NCBI RefSeq assembly: GCF_058153355.1
Contig: NZ_CM177019.1
Strand: one strand, 5' to 3'
Length of the DNA: 64,000 bases
Under the pieces are notes generated by a model. The model saw only the letters and a program-made list of their open reading frames with translations. It searched no databases and was not told the origin of the DNA. Position numbers and translations under genes: made by a program. The number at the start of each line of letters is the position of its first letter. Position 1 is the stretch's first letter. Of this stretch, positions 63,453 through 64,000 are shown piece by piece.

Positions 63453-64000
63453 TTATGCCAGCGCATCCATCCGACGCCACATAGCAGCGGCGGCTTTTTG
63501 GGCTTGCGCATAAATGGAATCGCAATCGAAGTTAAACTGACGGTCTTCATAGACCATAACGCCGTTGACCATCACGCTGTGGACGCTGCCTGAACCCATG
63601 CCGAAAGCGATATGTCCAGCGATATTGTCTGCCAGCAGTGGCGTCGGCGAGTTGTAATCGCAAATGGTTAAATCGGCTTTATAACCGGTTTCCAGCAGGC
63701 CAAATTTCGCGCCAAAGTTGCGGCTCATCAGTTCGTTGCCGTTAGCCAGAGCTTTGGCAAAGCTGTCAGGCCACAGCGGACCACCCGCATCGCGATGTTT
63801 AAAGAAGGCAAATTTCATCTCTTCAAACATATCTGAACCAATACCGTCCGTACCCAACGCCAGATTGCGGATGTCGCAAAGATGATGGTTGTAGCCGACA
63901 TGGTTGTTCATGTTTGAACGGGCGTTATGCACCAGGAATGCATCACGCTGATTGAGCAACGCGATGTCGTCTTTAGACAGATAAAGCCCATGAGCGACCA
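63453..64000 (-). CDS. ssnA: amidohydrolase-family protein SsnA, C-terminal part; 5' end beyond window
   Basis: Open minus-strand frame from the window end to the stop at 63453; last 168 aa listed in the ORF track. Confidence 0.8.
   Translation of the reverse strand, partial: VAHGLYLSKDDIALLNQRDAFLVHNARSNMNNHVGYNHHLCDIRNLALGTDGIGSDMFEEMKFAFFKHRDAGGPLWPDSFAKALANGNELMSRNFGAKFGLLETGYKADLTICDYNSPTPLLADNIAGHIAFGMGSGSVHSVMVNGVMVYEDRQFNFDCDSIYAQAQKAAAAMWRRMDALA

Overview
This window is Escherichia coli chromosome, collinear with the reverse complement of the K-12 cmtBA - epd-pgk-fbaA - mscS - scpA/argK/scpB/scpC - serA - gcvTHP - xerD-dsbC-recJ - prfB-lysS - purine-catabolism (xdhD/ygfM/ssnA) region. 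Gene calls rest on ORF structure plus protein and sequence recognition from memory; no searches were run. Three mobile-element insertions stand out against that backbone. Two identical ~1280-bp IS621-type (IS110 family) elements sit in inverted orientation at 9775-11054 and 38749-40028, each inserted into a REP palindrome, each carrying a ~178-nt structured non-coding RNA upstream of its 326-aa recombinase gene; this matches the bridge-RNA-guided recombinase architecture and is the most notable system here, though it is a described system rather than a new one. A 1426-bp IS4 with a 12-bp target duplication splits the shared lysS/idi terminator, and the adjacent idi gene appears to be a frameshifted pseudogene. 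Other non-coding features are 6S RNA (ssrS), the ibsC/sibC type I toxin-antitoxin, the prfB +1 frameshift site, two ERIC repeats and several REP/BIME clusters. The first 143 bp encode the start of an SPFH-family protein where I expected tktA, suggesting a strain-specific synteny break.
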